This document shows positions 8,226 through 17,698 of a stretch of DNA of 45,052 nt, piece after piece (position 1 is the first letter of the stretch; every line of letters starts with the position of its first letter). The stretch lies in NCBI GenBank assembly GCA_036389535.1, contig DASVPT010000216.1:1-45052 (forward strand), read 5' to 3'. The position numbers were made by a program, and so were the translations under genes. The notes below the pieces were generated by a model. That model was not told the DNA's origin. It was given only the letters and a program-made list of their open reading frames with translations, and ran no database searches. Source of the stretch: Actinomycetota bacterium. GTDB lineage: Bacteria > Actinomycetota > UBA4738.

Positions 8226-8273
8226 GGGCTTGAAACAGAGGGTAGCACAGGGTTTTTTGGGCCCAGCTGACGC

Positions 8274-9347
8274 TCACGTACCCCGCAGAACCGGGTGACC
8301 GCTCGATTCGATGTACGCGGGAAGCAGCCGGTAGGTGATCTCGGCGTCCGGAGTGACCACGACCCGCGCCACGCCGGTGGTCGCTCCGGCGCCCGAGAAG
8401 GCGGGCCACACGAAGTTGCCGAGACTCCAGAAGATGGGCCTTCCCTTGTAGGTCTCGACGGAGCCAAGCCTATGGGAGTGGTGGCCGAAGATCGCGTCCG
8501 CCCCGGCGTCGATGAACTGGTGGGCCCAGTCGATCTGAGTGGAGTTGGGCTCCGGGTGCAGTTCGACTCCCCAGTGGATGACCACCACGACCAGGTCCGC
8601 CACCTTGTCGGCGCGGCGAATTGCGCCCACCATGCAATCCACGTCGTGGTGGCAGGCAACACCGGGATGCCCTGGGGCGGCGACTGCCTCCGGCGCCGGC
8701 TCCACGACGCCGGCGATCCCGACCACGGCGACCTTCCAGCCTTTCAGGTTGAAGACCCGCGGCTTCGTGGCGTCCTCATCGTCCTTTCCTCCTCCGACCG
8801 CGGTGATCCCGCTGTGGTCCAGGTAGCGCAACGTGTCGAGGAACGCCATCATGCCGTAGTCGTACGAGTGGTTGTTGCCGATGTTCGCCACCTCCACGCC
8901 CGCCTCTTTCATGGCCGGTAAGGCGGCCGGGTCACCTCGAAAGGTGAACTGTTTCGAAAACTTCACCCCGCCGAGAGAGACCGGACATTCCAGGTTCACG
9001 ATGGTGAGGTCATCGCGTTGGAAGAGGCCCTTCATCCCCGACCAGGCGTAGTCGTAGCCGTAGGTGTTGAAGTTCGAGATGTAGTCGGGGTCCAGGCTGA
9101 CGTCCCCGGTCGCCTGGATCATGAGCGTTTCGCGGGCCGGAGCGGTCTTTCGTGCCGAGGGCGCGCTCCGAGGAGAAGGCGGCCGGCTATTTCCCGCGAC
9201 CGGCGGACGGGGTTGGCGGCTCGAGCTTCCGAAATCCGCGGTGAACGTGTAGCGCACCAGCGCGATGAGCGCGATCACAAAGACGAGTGCCAGGACCAGC
9301 GCTCCGATGCGCTGACCGCTCAACCGGGATCCGCCGCTCGACGACAT
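8274..9347 (-). CDS. CapA / PGA_cap family metallophosphoesterase-like protein with an N-terminal membrane anchor.
   Basis: It has an N-terminal TM (IGALVLALVFVIALIALV), a Pro/Ser/Arg linker, and then a CapA-like domain (GDVSLD..., NLECP, ANIGNNHSYDYG, IHWGVE, GHHSH). No capB/capC homologues are nearby. Confidence 0.75.
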   Translation of the reverse strand: MSSSGGSRLSGQRIGALVLALVFVIALIALVRYTFTADFGSSSRQPRPPVAGNSRPPSPRSAPSARKTAPARETLMIQATGDVSLDPDYISNFNTYGYDYAWSGMKGLFQRDDLTIVNLECPVSLGGVKFSKQFTFRGDPAALPAMKEAGVEVANIGNNHSYDYGMMAFLDTLRYLDHSGITAVGGGKDDEDATKPRVFNLKGWKVAVVGIAGVVEPAPEAVAAPGHPGVACHHDVDCMVGAIRRADKVADLVVVVIHWGVELHPEPNSTQIDWAHQFIDAGADAIFGHHSHRLGSVETYKGRPIFWSLGNFVWPAFSGAGATTGVARVVVTPDAEITYRLLPAYIESSGHPVLRGT

Positions 9348-9356
9348 CGACCTCGG

Positions 9357-10280
9357 CTACCTCACGACTGCGCGTGTCCGCTCGACGTCGTCATCGATCT
9401 GCCTGGCGAGATCCTCGGGGGAGTCGAACCGCACCTCGTCGCGGAGGCGTTCCCAGAACTCGATCGCCATGGGCTGACCGATCAGGTCGCCCGCGAAATC
9501 CAGGATGAAGGCTTCCGCGTGGAGCGGCTCGGCCCCGAACGTCGGGTTCGTCCCGATGTTGATCGCGGCCACGTAGGTGTCGCCGCGAACGAACGCCTTT
9601 CCGGCGTACACGCCCTCTGCTGGAAGAAGCATCCCCCGCTCCACCTCGAGGTTCGCCGTCGGGAACCCGAGGCCCGCGCCCCGTCCCGCCCCGCGGACGA
9701 CCCGGCCGTCGAGGACGAATCGGCGGCCGAGCGCCTCGGTGGGCCATTCGAGATCCCCCTCGAGAAGCGCCGATCGGATCGACGAAGACGAAACGGCACG
9801 TCCACCGACCTCGAACAGCCCGACACCTTCGACGGAGAACCCGTAGGAAGATCCGAGCTCCCGCAGCAGCTCGACGTTTCCCATGGCCTTGTGCCCGAAC
9901 GTGAAGTTGGCGCCGACCACGGCGTGACCCACGCCGAGTCCCTCGACCAGCACCTTGCCGACGAACTCTTCCGGCGACCAGCGAGAGAACTCCTCCGTGA
10001 ACTCCAGGACGACCAGCGCGTCGACGCCGAGGGCTTCGATGAGACTCGCCTTTCGATCGAGCGCGGTCAGCAGCGGTGGGACATTCCCGGGCGTCAGGAC
10101 CTCGCGGGGATGTCGATCGAACGTCACGGCCAGCGGCGTGAGCTGTTTGGCCTTCGCCACCTCGACGGTGTGTCCGATCACGGCTTGATGACCGCGGTGC
10201 ACACCATCGAAGAAGCCGATCGTCACGGCGCTCTGGCGAAAATCGGAAGGCAGCGATTGAATACCGTGGACGAGATCCAC
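9357..10280 (-). CDS. ribF: Bifunctional riboflavin kinase / FMN adenylyltransferase.
   Basis: It has VTIGFFDGVHRGHQ (the nucleotidyltransferase HxGH-type motif) and a C-terminal riboflavin kinase region (GFPTANL..., YVAAINIGTNPTF). The start codon is GTG. Confidence 0.93.
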   Translation of the reverse strand: MDLVHGIQSLPSDFRQSAVTIGFFDGVHRGHQAVIGHTVEVAKAKQLTPLAVTFDRHPREVLTPGNVPPLLTALDRKASLIEALGVDALVVLEFTEEFSRWSPEEFVGKVLVEGLGVGHAVVGANFTFGHKAMGNVELLRELGSSYGFSVEGVGLFEVGGRAVSSSSIRSALLEGDLEWPTEALGRRFVLDGRVVRGAGRGAGLGFPTANLEVERGMLLPAEGVYAGKAFVRGDTYVAAINIGTNPTFGAEPLHAEAFILDFAGDLIGQPMAIEFWERLRDEVRFDSPEDLARQIDDDVERTRAVVR

Positions 10281-10357
10281 GTTCGGAGCGTACAGGATGC
10301 CTCATCGCGTTCTTGCGTCGAGAACCCCCTACTGAGAAGCACCGTCGAAGGGAGACA

Positions 10358-10879
10358 ATGTCCAGACGGTCCATCGGAGCCGCGGCCGCAGCTTTTGTTG
10401 TTCTCGCGCTGGGCGGCGTTCTGTATCTCCGTCACGCGAACTCGGTCGTCGGCCCTTGGACCGACGCGAGAGGGAGACGCCTCCCGGATGGGATATCGGA
10501 TCCGAGGAACGGATACCCCTTGGTGATCCACACGATGAACGGCCTCAGCCACTGTGACTGGGAATCCGTCGTGTTTCTCGACATGTCATGGCCTCCGGGC
10601 ACCATCGTCGGAGAGCACATCCGTGACGGCTTCGCCAAGGGAACGTATCGCCAGTACGTCCGAGATCCCGATGGAGTGCTCGAAGACTTCGAATTCGCGA
10701 CCACCTTCGCCGAAAACGCACCTCTGCCTTCCGATGCTCGCCCCACCGGCCTGCATCGAGGACCGTGGCAGCTGTGGGTCAGCCCCTCGGAATCAGACCG
10801 AGCTGCTTATCTGGTGAAGGGCGGGAAGGCCGAACGTTGGCCGAGAGCAACAGGGAATCGACCCATCACCTGTAACTAG
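10358..10879 (+). CDS. Hypothetical membrane-anchored or secreted protein (orphan, on the opposite strand).
   Basis: The ATG at 10358 has an AAGGGAGA Shine-Dalgarno 4 nt upstream. The N-terminus MSRRSIGAAAAAFVVLALGGVLYL looks like a signal sequence or anchor. I recognise no family motif. It contains more A/T-ending and rare codons (AGA, ATA, TTT, GTT, TAT) than its neighbours. Confidence 0.6.
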   Translation: MSRRSIGAAAAAFVVLALGGVLYLRHANSVVGPWTDARGRRLPDGISDPRNGYPLVIHTMNGLSHCDWESVVFLDMSWPPGTIVGEHIRDGFAKGTYRQYVRDPDGVLEDFEFATTFAENAPLPSDARPTGLHRGPWQLWVSPSESDRAAYLVKGGKAERWPRATGNRPITCN

Positions 10880-10885
10880 GACGGC

Positions 10886-11725
10886 TCAGCCGGATGTGAG
10901 GATCACGTCGGGGCACGCCTTTGCGCCGGTGTCGCGGTAGATCCCTATCAACCTGCCGTCGGGAGCCACGGCACGATAGGGGCCGGCGATGCCGGCGGGC
11001 CCGAGGCACTGCCCGTGGACCGCGACCTTCGCTTCTTCTTCTTGAAGGGTCAGCGATGGCAGATGCTCGACCGCCCGGTCCAGTGGAAGCAACTGCGGCG
11101 GCTCGTCCGGCGGCCCGGCCTCTTCGACCCGGAACGACCCGATAGCCAGGCGTCGCAGACGCGCCAGGTGCGCGCCGCAACCCAGGCGGGTGCCCACATC
11201 GGCGACCAACGAACGGACGTACGTCCCTCGGGAGCACCGCACCGAGAAATCGAACCTCGGCGTCGTGAACGCGCGCAGCTCGAACTCGAAGACCTCGACC
11301 CGGCGCGGCGCGGCCTCGATCGGCCGTCCGGCCCGCGCGGCACGATAGAGCTTCTCCCCTCCCACCTTCACCGCCGAGTACGCCGGTGGAACCTGGTCGA
11401 TCTCGCCCACGAATTCCTGCATCGCCGCTCGGAGATCGCGTTCGTTCACCCCCACGCTTGATTCCCGAACGACCTCGCCTTCGGCGTCCAGGGTGGTGGT
11501 CTGGACACCGAGGACGCCGGTGCCTTCGTAGACCTTGTCGAACTCAGCCAGGAACCGGAGGAGCCGGGTGGCCCGCCCCACACCGAGCAACAACAGCCCC
11601 GTCGCGGCCGGATCGAGGGTCCCGGCGTGGCCCACCTTGCGAACCCCCAGAGCCCTTCGCACGCGATCCACCGCGTCGTGCGACGTGATCCCGGCCGGTT
11701 TGTCGATGAGCAGAAGCCCGTTCAC
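10886..11725 (-). CDS. truB: tRNA pseudouridine(55) synthase.
   Basis: It contains LLIDKPAGITSHD and GHAGTLDPAATGLL, with the catalytic Asp motif. I place the start at the GTG at 11725, which overlaps the nrnA stop (GTGA). The longer listed ORF reaching 12016 overlaps nrnA and I discount it. Confidence 0.92.
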   Translation of the reverse strand: MNGLLLIDKPAGITSHDAVDRVRRALGVRKVGHAGTLDPAATGLLLLGVGRATRLLRFLAEFDKVYEGTGVLGVQTTTLDAEGEVVRESSVGVNERDLRAAMQEFVGEIDQVPPAYSAVKVGGEKLYRAARAGRPIEAAPRRVEVFEFELRAFTTPRFDFSVRCSRGTYVRSLVADVGTRLGCGAHLARLRRLAIGSFRVEEAGPPDEPPQLLPLDRAVEHLPSLTLQEEEAKVAVHGQCLGPAGIAGPYRAVAPDGRLIGIYRDTGAKACPDVILTSG

Positions 11726-12759
11726 CGCGCCGCCAGAACTGCCTCCTGAACGGCCCGGATGGAGTCGGCCAGACCGGTCGGGGACGTGTATCCGGCGGCC
11801 AGGCGGTGTCCTCCCCCGCCGAAGCTCTGTGCGACCGCCCCAACGTCGGTCCCGCCCTTGGATCGAAGGCTCGCCTTGAATCGGCCGTCCCGCTGTTGCT
11901 TCAGGATGCAGGTGACGTCCGCTTCCCGGGCCGTCCGAACCAGATCGATGAGGTCGTCGGTCTCGAGCATCTCGCCGCCGGTCGCCACGAGGTCGGATTG
12001 CAGGATGTAGGTCCACATCAAGCTGGCCTCAGGGACGTGCACGACCCGCTGGAGCGCGATGGCGGTCAGCCGGAGCGCGGGGAGCGACGTGTCCTCGAAC
12101 AACGCTCGCGCGACCAGGGTGTGGTCGAAGTCGTGGGTTCGCAGCTCTGCCGCCACCCGCAGCGTTTCGGGCGTGGTCGACTCGTATTGGAACCGCCCCG
12201 TGTCGGTGATGACTCCGGCGTAGAGGCACGCCGCGCTTTCGTCGGAAAGCTCGCCACCCATCGAGCGAACGAGACGAAACACCATCTCGCACGTGGAGGA
12301 GGCAGCGGGGTCCAGCAGCACGATCGATCCGAAACCCGGGTTCGTTCGGTGATGGTCGATCACGATGACGCAGTCGGCTTTCTCCGCGTTCGCCCCGAGT
12401 GGCCCAAGCCTGTCCGGCGAGGCCGTGTCCAGAGCCACCATGACCTCCGGCTTCTTCGGGAACTGCTTCGCCTCGACGATGAGCTCGGAGCCCGACAGGG
12501 CGGAGAGCCACCTGGGCGGCTGCAACGGATCGTTGCCCCACGAGCAGACCACGTCCTTGCCCTGCGACCGAAGCCACAGGCCCAGCCCCAGCATCGACCC
12601 GATGGCGTCGGGATCGGGATTCACGTGACAGGCCAGCGCGACCGTCGTGGCCGCCTTCAGCGTCTCCCCGGCGCGCTTCATCGCGTCATCGAGCGGCGAG
12701 TGGCCATCCTGGTCGACGAACCCTTCGCCGGTGAGCGGAGCGGCGGTCGGCCGGATCAT
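11722..12759 (-). CDS. nrnA: DHH/DHHA1 family phosphoesterase (NrnA-like nanoRNase / pAp phosphatase).
   Basis: It has a DHH motif (VIVIDHHRTN), a DHHA1 motif (GGGGHRLAAG), and sits in the conserved rbfA-nrnA-truB position. Confidence 0.88.
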   Translation of the reverse strand: MIRPTAAPLTGEGFVDQDGHSPLDDAMKRAGETLKAATTVALACHVNPDPDAIGSMLGLGLWLRSQGKDVVCSWGNDPLQPPRWLSALSGSELIVEAKQFPKKPEVMVALDTASPDRLGPLGANAEKADCVIVIDHHRTNPGFGSIVLLDPAASSTCEMVFRLVRSMGGELSDESAACLYAGVITDTGRFQYESTTPETLRVAAELRTHDFDHTLVARALFEDTSLPALRLTAIALQRVVHVPEASLMWTYILQSDLVATGGEMLETDDLIDLVRTAREADVTCILKQQRDGRFKASLRSKGGTDVGAVAQSFGGGGHRLAAGYTSPTGLADSIRAVQEAVLAAR

Positions 12760-13139
12760 TCGGCGCCCTCTCCGTCATTCGATCCGGACGGCTCGGCGCT
12801 GGCGCCGATCTGCTTGAGCAGCTGCGTCACCCGTTCGACTTGAGCGAGCCCGACGTCCTCTTCGAACTCGAGGTCCGGTGTGAACTTCAAGCGAACCTGC
12901 TGGCCGAGCACAGTTCGAAGGCGCGCCTTGGCCGACATGAGACCCGCTCTGGTTCGGCGATGATCGGTGTCCTTGCCCATGACCGTGTAGTAGACGATCG
13001 CCTTCCGGAGATCCGGCGTCACCTCCACCCGAGTCACCGTCACGAACCCAACACGGGGGTCCTTGAGCTGCGGAATCTCCTCGGCAAGGATCTCGCGGAA
13101 CTCCTCGGCCACCCGCTCGGGTCGAGTCCCGGTTCCCAT
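12756..13139 (-). CDS. rbfA: Ribosome-binding factor A.
   Basis: 127 aa with an RbfA-like KH fold sequence (RVAEEFREILAEEI...DPRVGFVTVTRVEVTPDLR.A.VYY). Its position after infB is as expected. Confidence 0.93.
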   Translation of the reverse strand: MGTGTRPERVAEEFREILAEEIPQLKDPRVGFVTVTRVEVTPDLRKAIVYYTVMGKDTDHRRTRAGLMSAKARLRTVLGQQVRLKFTPDLEFEEDVGLAQVERVTQLLKQIGASAEPSGSNDGEGAE

Positions 13140-13164
13140 CGGTCAATCCTCCTCACGTTTTCGA

Positions 13165-13458
13165 TCAGTCTTCGGGCCCGTGAAATGAGAGGTCCGAGTC
13201 GATCACTTCAATGGCGGGGAACGTCCAGATGTGACGCTCCACCTGATGCATTACCCGCTTGAGGTGATAGCCCTCCTCCGCGACGGACGCGACGCCAATC
13301 GCGGTTCGCTGCCAGAGGTCATGGTGATCCACCTCCGCCACCGCCACGTTGAACTTGTTGCGAAGAGACGAAGTCAGATTCTTCACGACGTGCCGTTTCT
13401 CCTTGAGCGAGGAGCACCCCGGGAGGCGGAGGTCGAACCTGCACAGCGCCGCCAACAT
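13165..13458 (-). CDS. DUF503 (YlxP-like) protein.
   Basis: Starting from the internal ATG at 13458 it reads MLAALCRFDLRLPGCSSLKEKRHVVKNLTSSLRNKFNVAVAEV..., which is typical DUF503. It is found between infB and rbfA in many Gram-positives. The upstream part of ORF 13165..13722 overlaps infB. Confidence 0.8.
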   Translation of the reverse strand: MLAALCRFDLRLPGCSSLKEKRHVVKNLTSSLRNKFNVAVAEVDHHDLWQRTAIGVASVAEEGYHLKRVMHQVERHIWTFPAIEVIDSDLSFHGPED

Positions 13459-13474
13459 CCGCTTCTCCCATCGG

Positions 13475-15586
13475 CTAGGCCAGCGTCCGCGCGATCTCTC
13501 GGACCTCGTAGGCCTCGATGACATCGCCCTCGTGGACGTCCTGGAAGTTCTCGAGGCCGATGCCGCACTCGAACCCCTCGGCGACCTCTCGAACGTCGTC
13601 TTTGAACCGGCGGAGCGACCCGATTCGACCGGTGTAGATGATGGTTCCATCCCGCACCAGGCGTGCCCGGGCCCCGCGCTGGATGTTCCCGTTCGTGACC
13701 ATGCAGCCAGCCACCACGCCAAGTCGCGGCACCCGGAACAGCGCCCGAACCTCGGCGGTGCCGAGATCCGCTTCCTGCTTGTCGGGCGAAAGCATCCCCG
13801 ACAGCGCCTGCCGGATGTCGTCGATGAGCTGGTAGATCACCCGGTAGAGCCGAATGTCGACGCCCTCCGTCTCGGCCACCTCGCGGGCGCGAACGTCAGG
13901 TCGGACATTGAACCCCACGACCACGGCGCTCGAGGCAGCTGCCAGCGTCACGTCGTTCTCCGTGATCCCGCCCACGCCGCGGTGCACGACGTTGGTACGG
14001 ACCTCGTCCGCCGGCAGCTTCTCCAGCGCGTCGACGATGGCCTCGAGTGACCCCTGTACGTCGGCCTTCAGGATGACGCCGAGCGTCGGTAGCTCATCTT
14101 GTCTCGCCTGAACCAGGAGCTCGCTCAGCGAGGAGGTCGGCCGAGCAGCCGCATGCTCCGCGGCCCGGAATCGACCCTCTCGCTCCTGCGCGACGTGCCT
14201 GGCCTCGCGCTCATCGGCGACGACCCGAAAATCGTCTCCCGCCTCGGGGACGTGCGACCACCCGAGGACCTGGACCGGCTTCGACGGCCCGGCCTCCTTC
14301 ACCTGCTGACCGTTGTCGTCGAGCATGGCCCGAACTCGTCCATACGCGGTTCCACAAATGACCGCGTCACCGGCTCGAAGCGTTCCCCGCTGCACCAGCA
14401 CGGTCGCGATCGGGCCACGTCCTTTGTCCAGGTGCGCTTCGAGCGTGGTGCCCCGGGCCGGACCGTGCGGGTCCGCCTTGAGCTCCTGAATCTCGGCGAC
14501 CAGGCCGATGGTCTCGAGGAGCTTGTCGAGGTTCTGACCCGACTTCGCCGAGACGTCGACGAACTCCGTCTCGCCCCCCCACTCGACAGGAACCAACCCG
14601 TGTTCGACCAGCTGCTGCCGCACCCGAGCCGTATCGGCCTCTTCCTTGTCGATCTTGTTCACGGCGACCACGATGGGGACGCGCGCGGCCTTGGCGTGGT
14701 TCAGCGCCTCGATGGTCTGCGGCATCACGCCGTCGTCCGCCGCGACCACCAGCACGGCCACGTCGGTCGCCTGAGCTCCGCGCGCTCGCATCGCGGTGAA
14801 CGCCTCGTGGCCTGGGGTATCGATGAAGGTCACGGCCCGGCTGTCCTGCTGAACCTGATAGGCCCCGATGTGCTGGGTAATCCCGCCGAACTCCCCGCCG
14901 ACCACGTCGGTCCGGCGAATGGCGTCGAGAAGAAGCGTCTTGCCGTGGTCGACGTGGCCCATCACAGTCACAACCGGCGCTCGCGGCTCGAGGCGGCTCT
15001 CGTCCACCTCCTCCTCTTCCTCCGGCTCCTCCAGCTCCACCTCCGGAGCGACGACCTCAATGGGCTGGGCCAGCTCAGCGCCGACCAGCTCGATCGCTTC
15101 GTCGCTGAGCGATTGGGTAACCGAGACCATCTCGCCCGCCTGGAGCAGGACCTTCACGATGTCCGCGGCGGAGGTGCCGAGCTTGTCCGCGAGCTCTTGC
15201 GGAGTGGCGCCGCGCCCGACCTTGATCGCCGCCGTGGTCTGGGCCACTGGCGGCGCCGTCACCTCCGGCGCCGCGATCTCCGACGGTTCCTGAACCGGGG
15301 CCTCCACCACGGCCGCGGCCGTGTCGGGTTCGACCTGCCCGTCACCGGGCGGTGCTGATTCAGGCTCCTTCTTTCCGCGTGGCTTCCGGGTCGGCAGCTG
15401 ATCGGCAGTCGCGGTACGCGGTTTGCTCCCGGGCTTGACCTTTCCGCGAGCCGCGCGGATCCGGGGAACCGCTTCTTCGGGCACGGTGGAAGAAGCGGTC
15501 CTTCCCTCGTACCCCATCTCCTGAAGCGAGGCCAGGATGTCCTTGCTCGAGACGGCAAGCTCCTTGGCCAGCTCGTGGATCCTCAC
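13475..15586 (-). CDS. infB: Translation initiation factor IF-2.
   Basis: 703 aa. G-domain motifs [13 protein letters not shown] and NKID are present, with a Pro/Ala/Glu-rich N-terminal region. The GTG start overlaps the ylxR stop (GTGA). Confidence 0.97.
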   Translation of the reverse strand: MRIHELAKELAVSSKDILASLQEMGYEGRTASSTVPEEAVPRIRAARGKVKPGSKPRTATADQLPTRKPRGKKEPESAPPGDGQVEPDTAAAVVEAPVQEPSEIAAPEVTAPPVAQTTAAIKVGRGATPQELADKLGTSAADIVKVLLQAGEMVSVTQSLSDEAIELVGAELAQPIEVVAPEVELEEPEEEEEVDESRLEPRAPVVTVMGHVDHGKTLLLDAIRRTDVVGGEFGGITQHIGAYQVQQDSRAVTFIDTPGHEAFTAMRARGAQATDVAVLVVAADDGVMPQTIEALNHAKAARVPIVVAVNKIDKEEADTARVRQQLVEHGLVPVEWGGETEFVDVSAKSGQNLDKLLETIGLVAEIQELKADPHGPARGTTLEAHLDKGRGPIATVLVQRGTLRAGDAVICGTAYGRVRAMLDDNGQQVKEAGPSKPVQVLGWSHVPEAGDDFRVVADEREARHVAQEREGRFRAAEHAAARPTSSLSELLVQARQDELPTLGVILKADVQGSLEAIVDALEKLPADEVRTNVVHRGVGGITENDVTLAAASSAVVVGFNVRPDVRAREVAETEGVDIRLYRVIYQLIDDIRQALSGMLSPDKQEADLGTAEVRALFRVPRLGVVAGCMVTNGNIQRGARARLVRDGTIIYTGRIGSLRRFKDDVREVAEGFECGIGLENFQDVHEGDVIEAYEVREIARTLA

Positions 15587-15864
15587 GGTTCCTCACTCCT
15601 CATGTTCTGAACTTCCCGGATAAGACTAGCGGCCCTCTGCGCGCTCATGGCGATCTTCAGCGCTCGAGCGATCCCGTTCGCCCGAACGGCGCGCCGCACG
15701 CACGCGTCGCTCGGATGGAGGTACGCGCCTCGGCCGGGAGCATGACCCGTGGGATCGAACGCGATCTCGCCGTCGGGGCGTCGAACCACTCGAACCAGGT
15801 CGGGCTTCGTGGCCTTCTGCCGGCATCCGAGGCAGGTGCGCTCGGGCTGGCGATCTGACGGCAT
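15583..15864 (-). CDS. ylxR: YlxR/DUF448 family RNA-binding protein.
   Basis: 93 aa containing RTCLGCR and GRGAYLH motifs. It occupies the canonical position between nusA and infB. Confidence 0.88.
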   Translation of the reverse strand: MPSDRQPERTCLGCRQKATKPDLVRVVRRPDGEIAFDPTGHAPGRGAYLHPSDACVRRAVRANGIARALKIAMSAQRAASLIREVQNMRSEEP

Positions 15865-15867
15865 GCC

Positions 15868-17163
15868 TCAGGCCGAGGCCGACTTCTCCGTCTGCTCGGC
15901 GTTCGCCATGGCGTGGGCGTCTCCAGCCCGGTCATCGGGAACCGACGCGTCCCCGGGGGCCGCGACCTCGACCTCCGGAGCTTCGGCGGCCTGGCGAAGA
16001 AGCCGGGCTTCTCCCTCCGGTATGCCGGAAGCTGCGTCGCCGGTGGAACCATCGCCCTCGGACGCCGGTCCCGCTTCGGAGACGGCGTCGGGACTGGGCG
16101 CTCCCTCGGCCACCGGTTTGGGAGCCGGCTGCCTGGGCGACCTCGCCTCGCGACGGGCCCGATCTTCGTCTGCCATCTGCGACTCGCTCTTGATGTCGAT
16201 TCGGTATCCCGTGAGCTTGGCGGCGAGGCGGGCATTCTGCCCTTCCTTACCGATGGCTAGGGAGAGCTGATAGTCCGGGACGACGACCTGAGCGGTTCCG
16301 GTCGCATCGTCGACGCGAACCTCCTTGACCTTGGCCGGCGCGAGAGCGTTGGCGACGAATCGCGGAGGGTCGTCCACCCACTGCACCACGTCGATCTTCT
16401 CGCCGCGAAGCTCGTTGACGACGAGCCGGACGCGAGAACCCTTGGCGCCAACGCAGGCGCCGACCGGGTCGACGCCCGGTTCGTGCGAGACCACCGCGAT
16501 CTTCGACCGATGTCCTGGCTCGCGTGCCACCGCCTTCATCTCCACGATGCCCTGGGCGATCTCCGGAACCTCGAGCTCGAAGAGCTTGCGAAGAAGACCG
16601 GGATGCGTCCTGGAGACGACGATCTGCGGGCCCTTGGTGGTCTTCCGCACCTCGACGATGTACGCCTTCAGTCGCTCGCCGTGGCGATACGGCTCGGACG
16701 GGACCTGTTCGGCCTGCGGAAGCAGCGCCTCGACCTTCCCGAGGTCGAGCAGCGTGTACCGGTGCGAGTCCTGCTGGATGATCCCGGTCACGATGTCGCC
16801 CTCGCGGCCGGAGAACTCCTCATACGTCATGTCTCGCTCGGCGTCGCGGAGCTTCTGGTAGATGACGTGCTTGGCCGTCTGCGCGGCGATGCGGCCGATG
16901 AAATCCTCCGGGACCTCGACCTCGTGCTCCGAGGTGACCTCTTCGGTCTCCTCGTCGAGCGTCTGGACCCAAATGCGCAGCTGGCCCGACTCCGGATCGA
17001 GCTTCGCCCGCGCGGCGTCCGGCTCTTCCTCCACGCCGAACCCGCGCTTCCATGACTTGTACGCCGACGCCAGCGCGTCCTCGAGTCCGGCGAGAATCGT
17101 CTCGAACGAGATCCCTTTCTCTCGTTGAAGCTCTCGCAGCGCCTGGATCAGTTCCTGATTCAC
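15868..17163 (-). CDS. nusA: Transcription termination/antitermination factor NusA with an acidic low-complexity C-terminal tail.
   Basis: It has an N-terminal domain, an S1 domain and two KH domains ([11 protein letters not shown]..., [17 protein letters not shown]). The GTG at 17163 (VNQELIQAL...) overlaps the rimP stop as GTGA. The track ORF extends 8 codons further, to 17187. Confidence 0.95.
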   Translation of the reverse strand: MNQELIQALRELQREKGISFETILAGLEDALASAYKSWKRGFGVEEEPDAARAKLDPESGQLRIWVQTLDEETEEVTSEHEVEVPEDFIGRIAAQTAKHVIYQKLRDAERDMTYEEFSGREGDIVTGIIQQDSHRYTLLDLGKVEALLPQAEQVPSEPYRHGERLKAYIVEVRKTTKGPQIVVSRTHPGLLRKLFELEVPEIAQGIVEMKAVAREPGHRSKIAVVSHEPGVDPVGACVGAKGSRVRLVVNELRGEKIDVVQWVDDPPRFVANALAPAKVKEVRVDDATGTAQVVVPDYQLSLAIGKEGQNARLAAKLTGYRIDIKSESQMADEDRARREARSPRQPAPKPVAEGAPSPDAVSEAGPASEGDGSTGDAASGIPEGEARLLRQAAEAPEVEVAAPGDASVPDDRAGDAHAMANAEQTEKSASA

Positions 17164-17621
17164 CGTTTCACACCCTTCGAATTCCACTCAAAAACCGTTC
17201 GTGCGGACGCGATGTCCGCGTAGGACAGAGCTCGCTCGCCCTCGTCGGTGGCGATTCGCACCGCCTCCTCTCCGGCTTCAACGATCGTGCCGCGAAGCGT
17301 TTTGGAGCCGTCGACGGGCCGCGACGTCTTCACCTTCACCGTCTCTCCGACGCTCCGCGAGAAGTCCCGCGGCCGGCGAAGCGGCCGTTCCAACCCCGGA
17401 GAGCTCACCTCGAGGTGGTACCGGCCCGGCTCGAACCCCTCGAGGTCCAGCCGGCGGCTGATCCGTTCGCTTACTAACGCGATGGCGTCGAGGTCGACGC
17501 CGCCCTCCCGGTCCACGGTGACCCGCAACAAGTGGTCACCGCGTTCCCGTCCGAAGTCGAGGTCCACCAAATCCAGGCCGGCTGCCTCCACCACCGGCCG
17601 GACCAGGAACTCCAGGTCCAT
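17160..17621 (-). CDS. rimP: Ribosome maturation factor RimP.
   Basis: 153 aa, RimP-like (LEVSSPGLERPL), sitting immediately upstream of nusA. Confidence 0.9.
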   Translation of the reverse strand: MDLEFLVRPVVEAAGLDLVDLDFGRERGDHLLRVTVDREGGVDLDAIALVSERISRRLDLEGFEPGRYHLEVSSPGLERPLRRPRDFSRSVGETVKVKTSRPVDGSKTLRGTIVEAGEEAVRIATDEGERALSYADIASARTVFEWNSKGVKR

Positions 17622-17636
17622 CGCTCCGCCCTATCG

Positions 17637-17667
17637 AAAAAGAACGTGGGCTGGTGAGCCCACGTTC
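17637..17667 (-). terminator. Strong intrinsic terminator or attenuator 16 nt upstream of the rimP start codon.
   Basis: The minus-strand RNA reads GAACGUGGGC-UCACCA-GCCCACGUUC (perfect 10-bp stem, 6-nt loop) followed directly by UUUUU. Confidence 0.7.
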
Positions 17668-17692
17668 GGTCTTGCCCAGTCCTCGAACGCCG

Positions 17693-17698
17693 AGTATA
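17693..17698 (-). promoter_or_regulatory. Candidate extended -10 promoter element (TGcTATACT) for the rimP-nusA-infB leader.
   Basis: The minus strand reads GGCCGGTGCTATACTCGGCG, i.e. TATACT preceded by TGn. No convincing -35 element is present. The predicted transcription start lies upstream of the terminator hairpin. Confidence 0.4.

Noticed and set aside
9018-10526. A 502-aa plus-strand ORF antisense to ribF.
   Set aside because: It is an antisense shadow of ribF and the capA-like gene. Only its last part (from 10358, in a different frame relationship) coincides with the real plus-strand orphan gene, which has its own Shine-Dalgarno.
11726-12016. N-terminal extensions of listed ORFs that overlap the upstream gene: truB to 12016, ispG to 23467, rplS to 43117, DUF503 to 13722, KH protein to 44615, rseP to 26627, GrpB from 19918.
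   Set aside because: In each case the conserved protein family begins at an internal ATG/GTG located at or just after the upstream stop, often as a 4-nt overlap or with a Shine-Dalgarno. The extension is Arg/Pro-rich out-of-frame read-through of the neighbouring gene.
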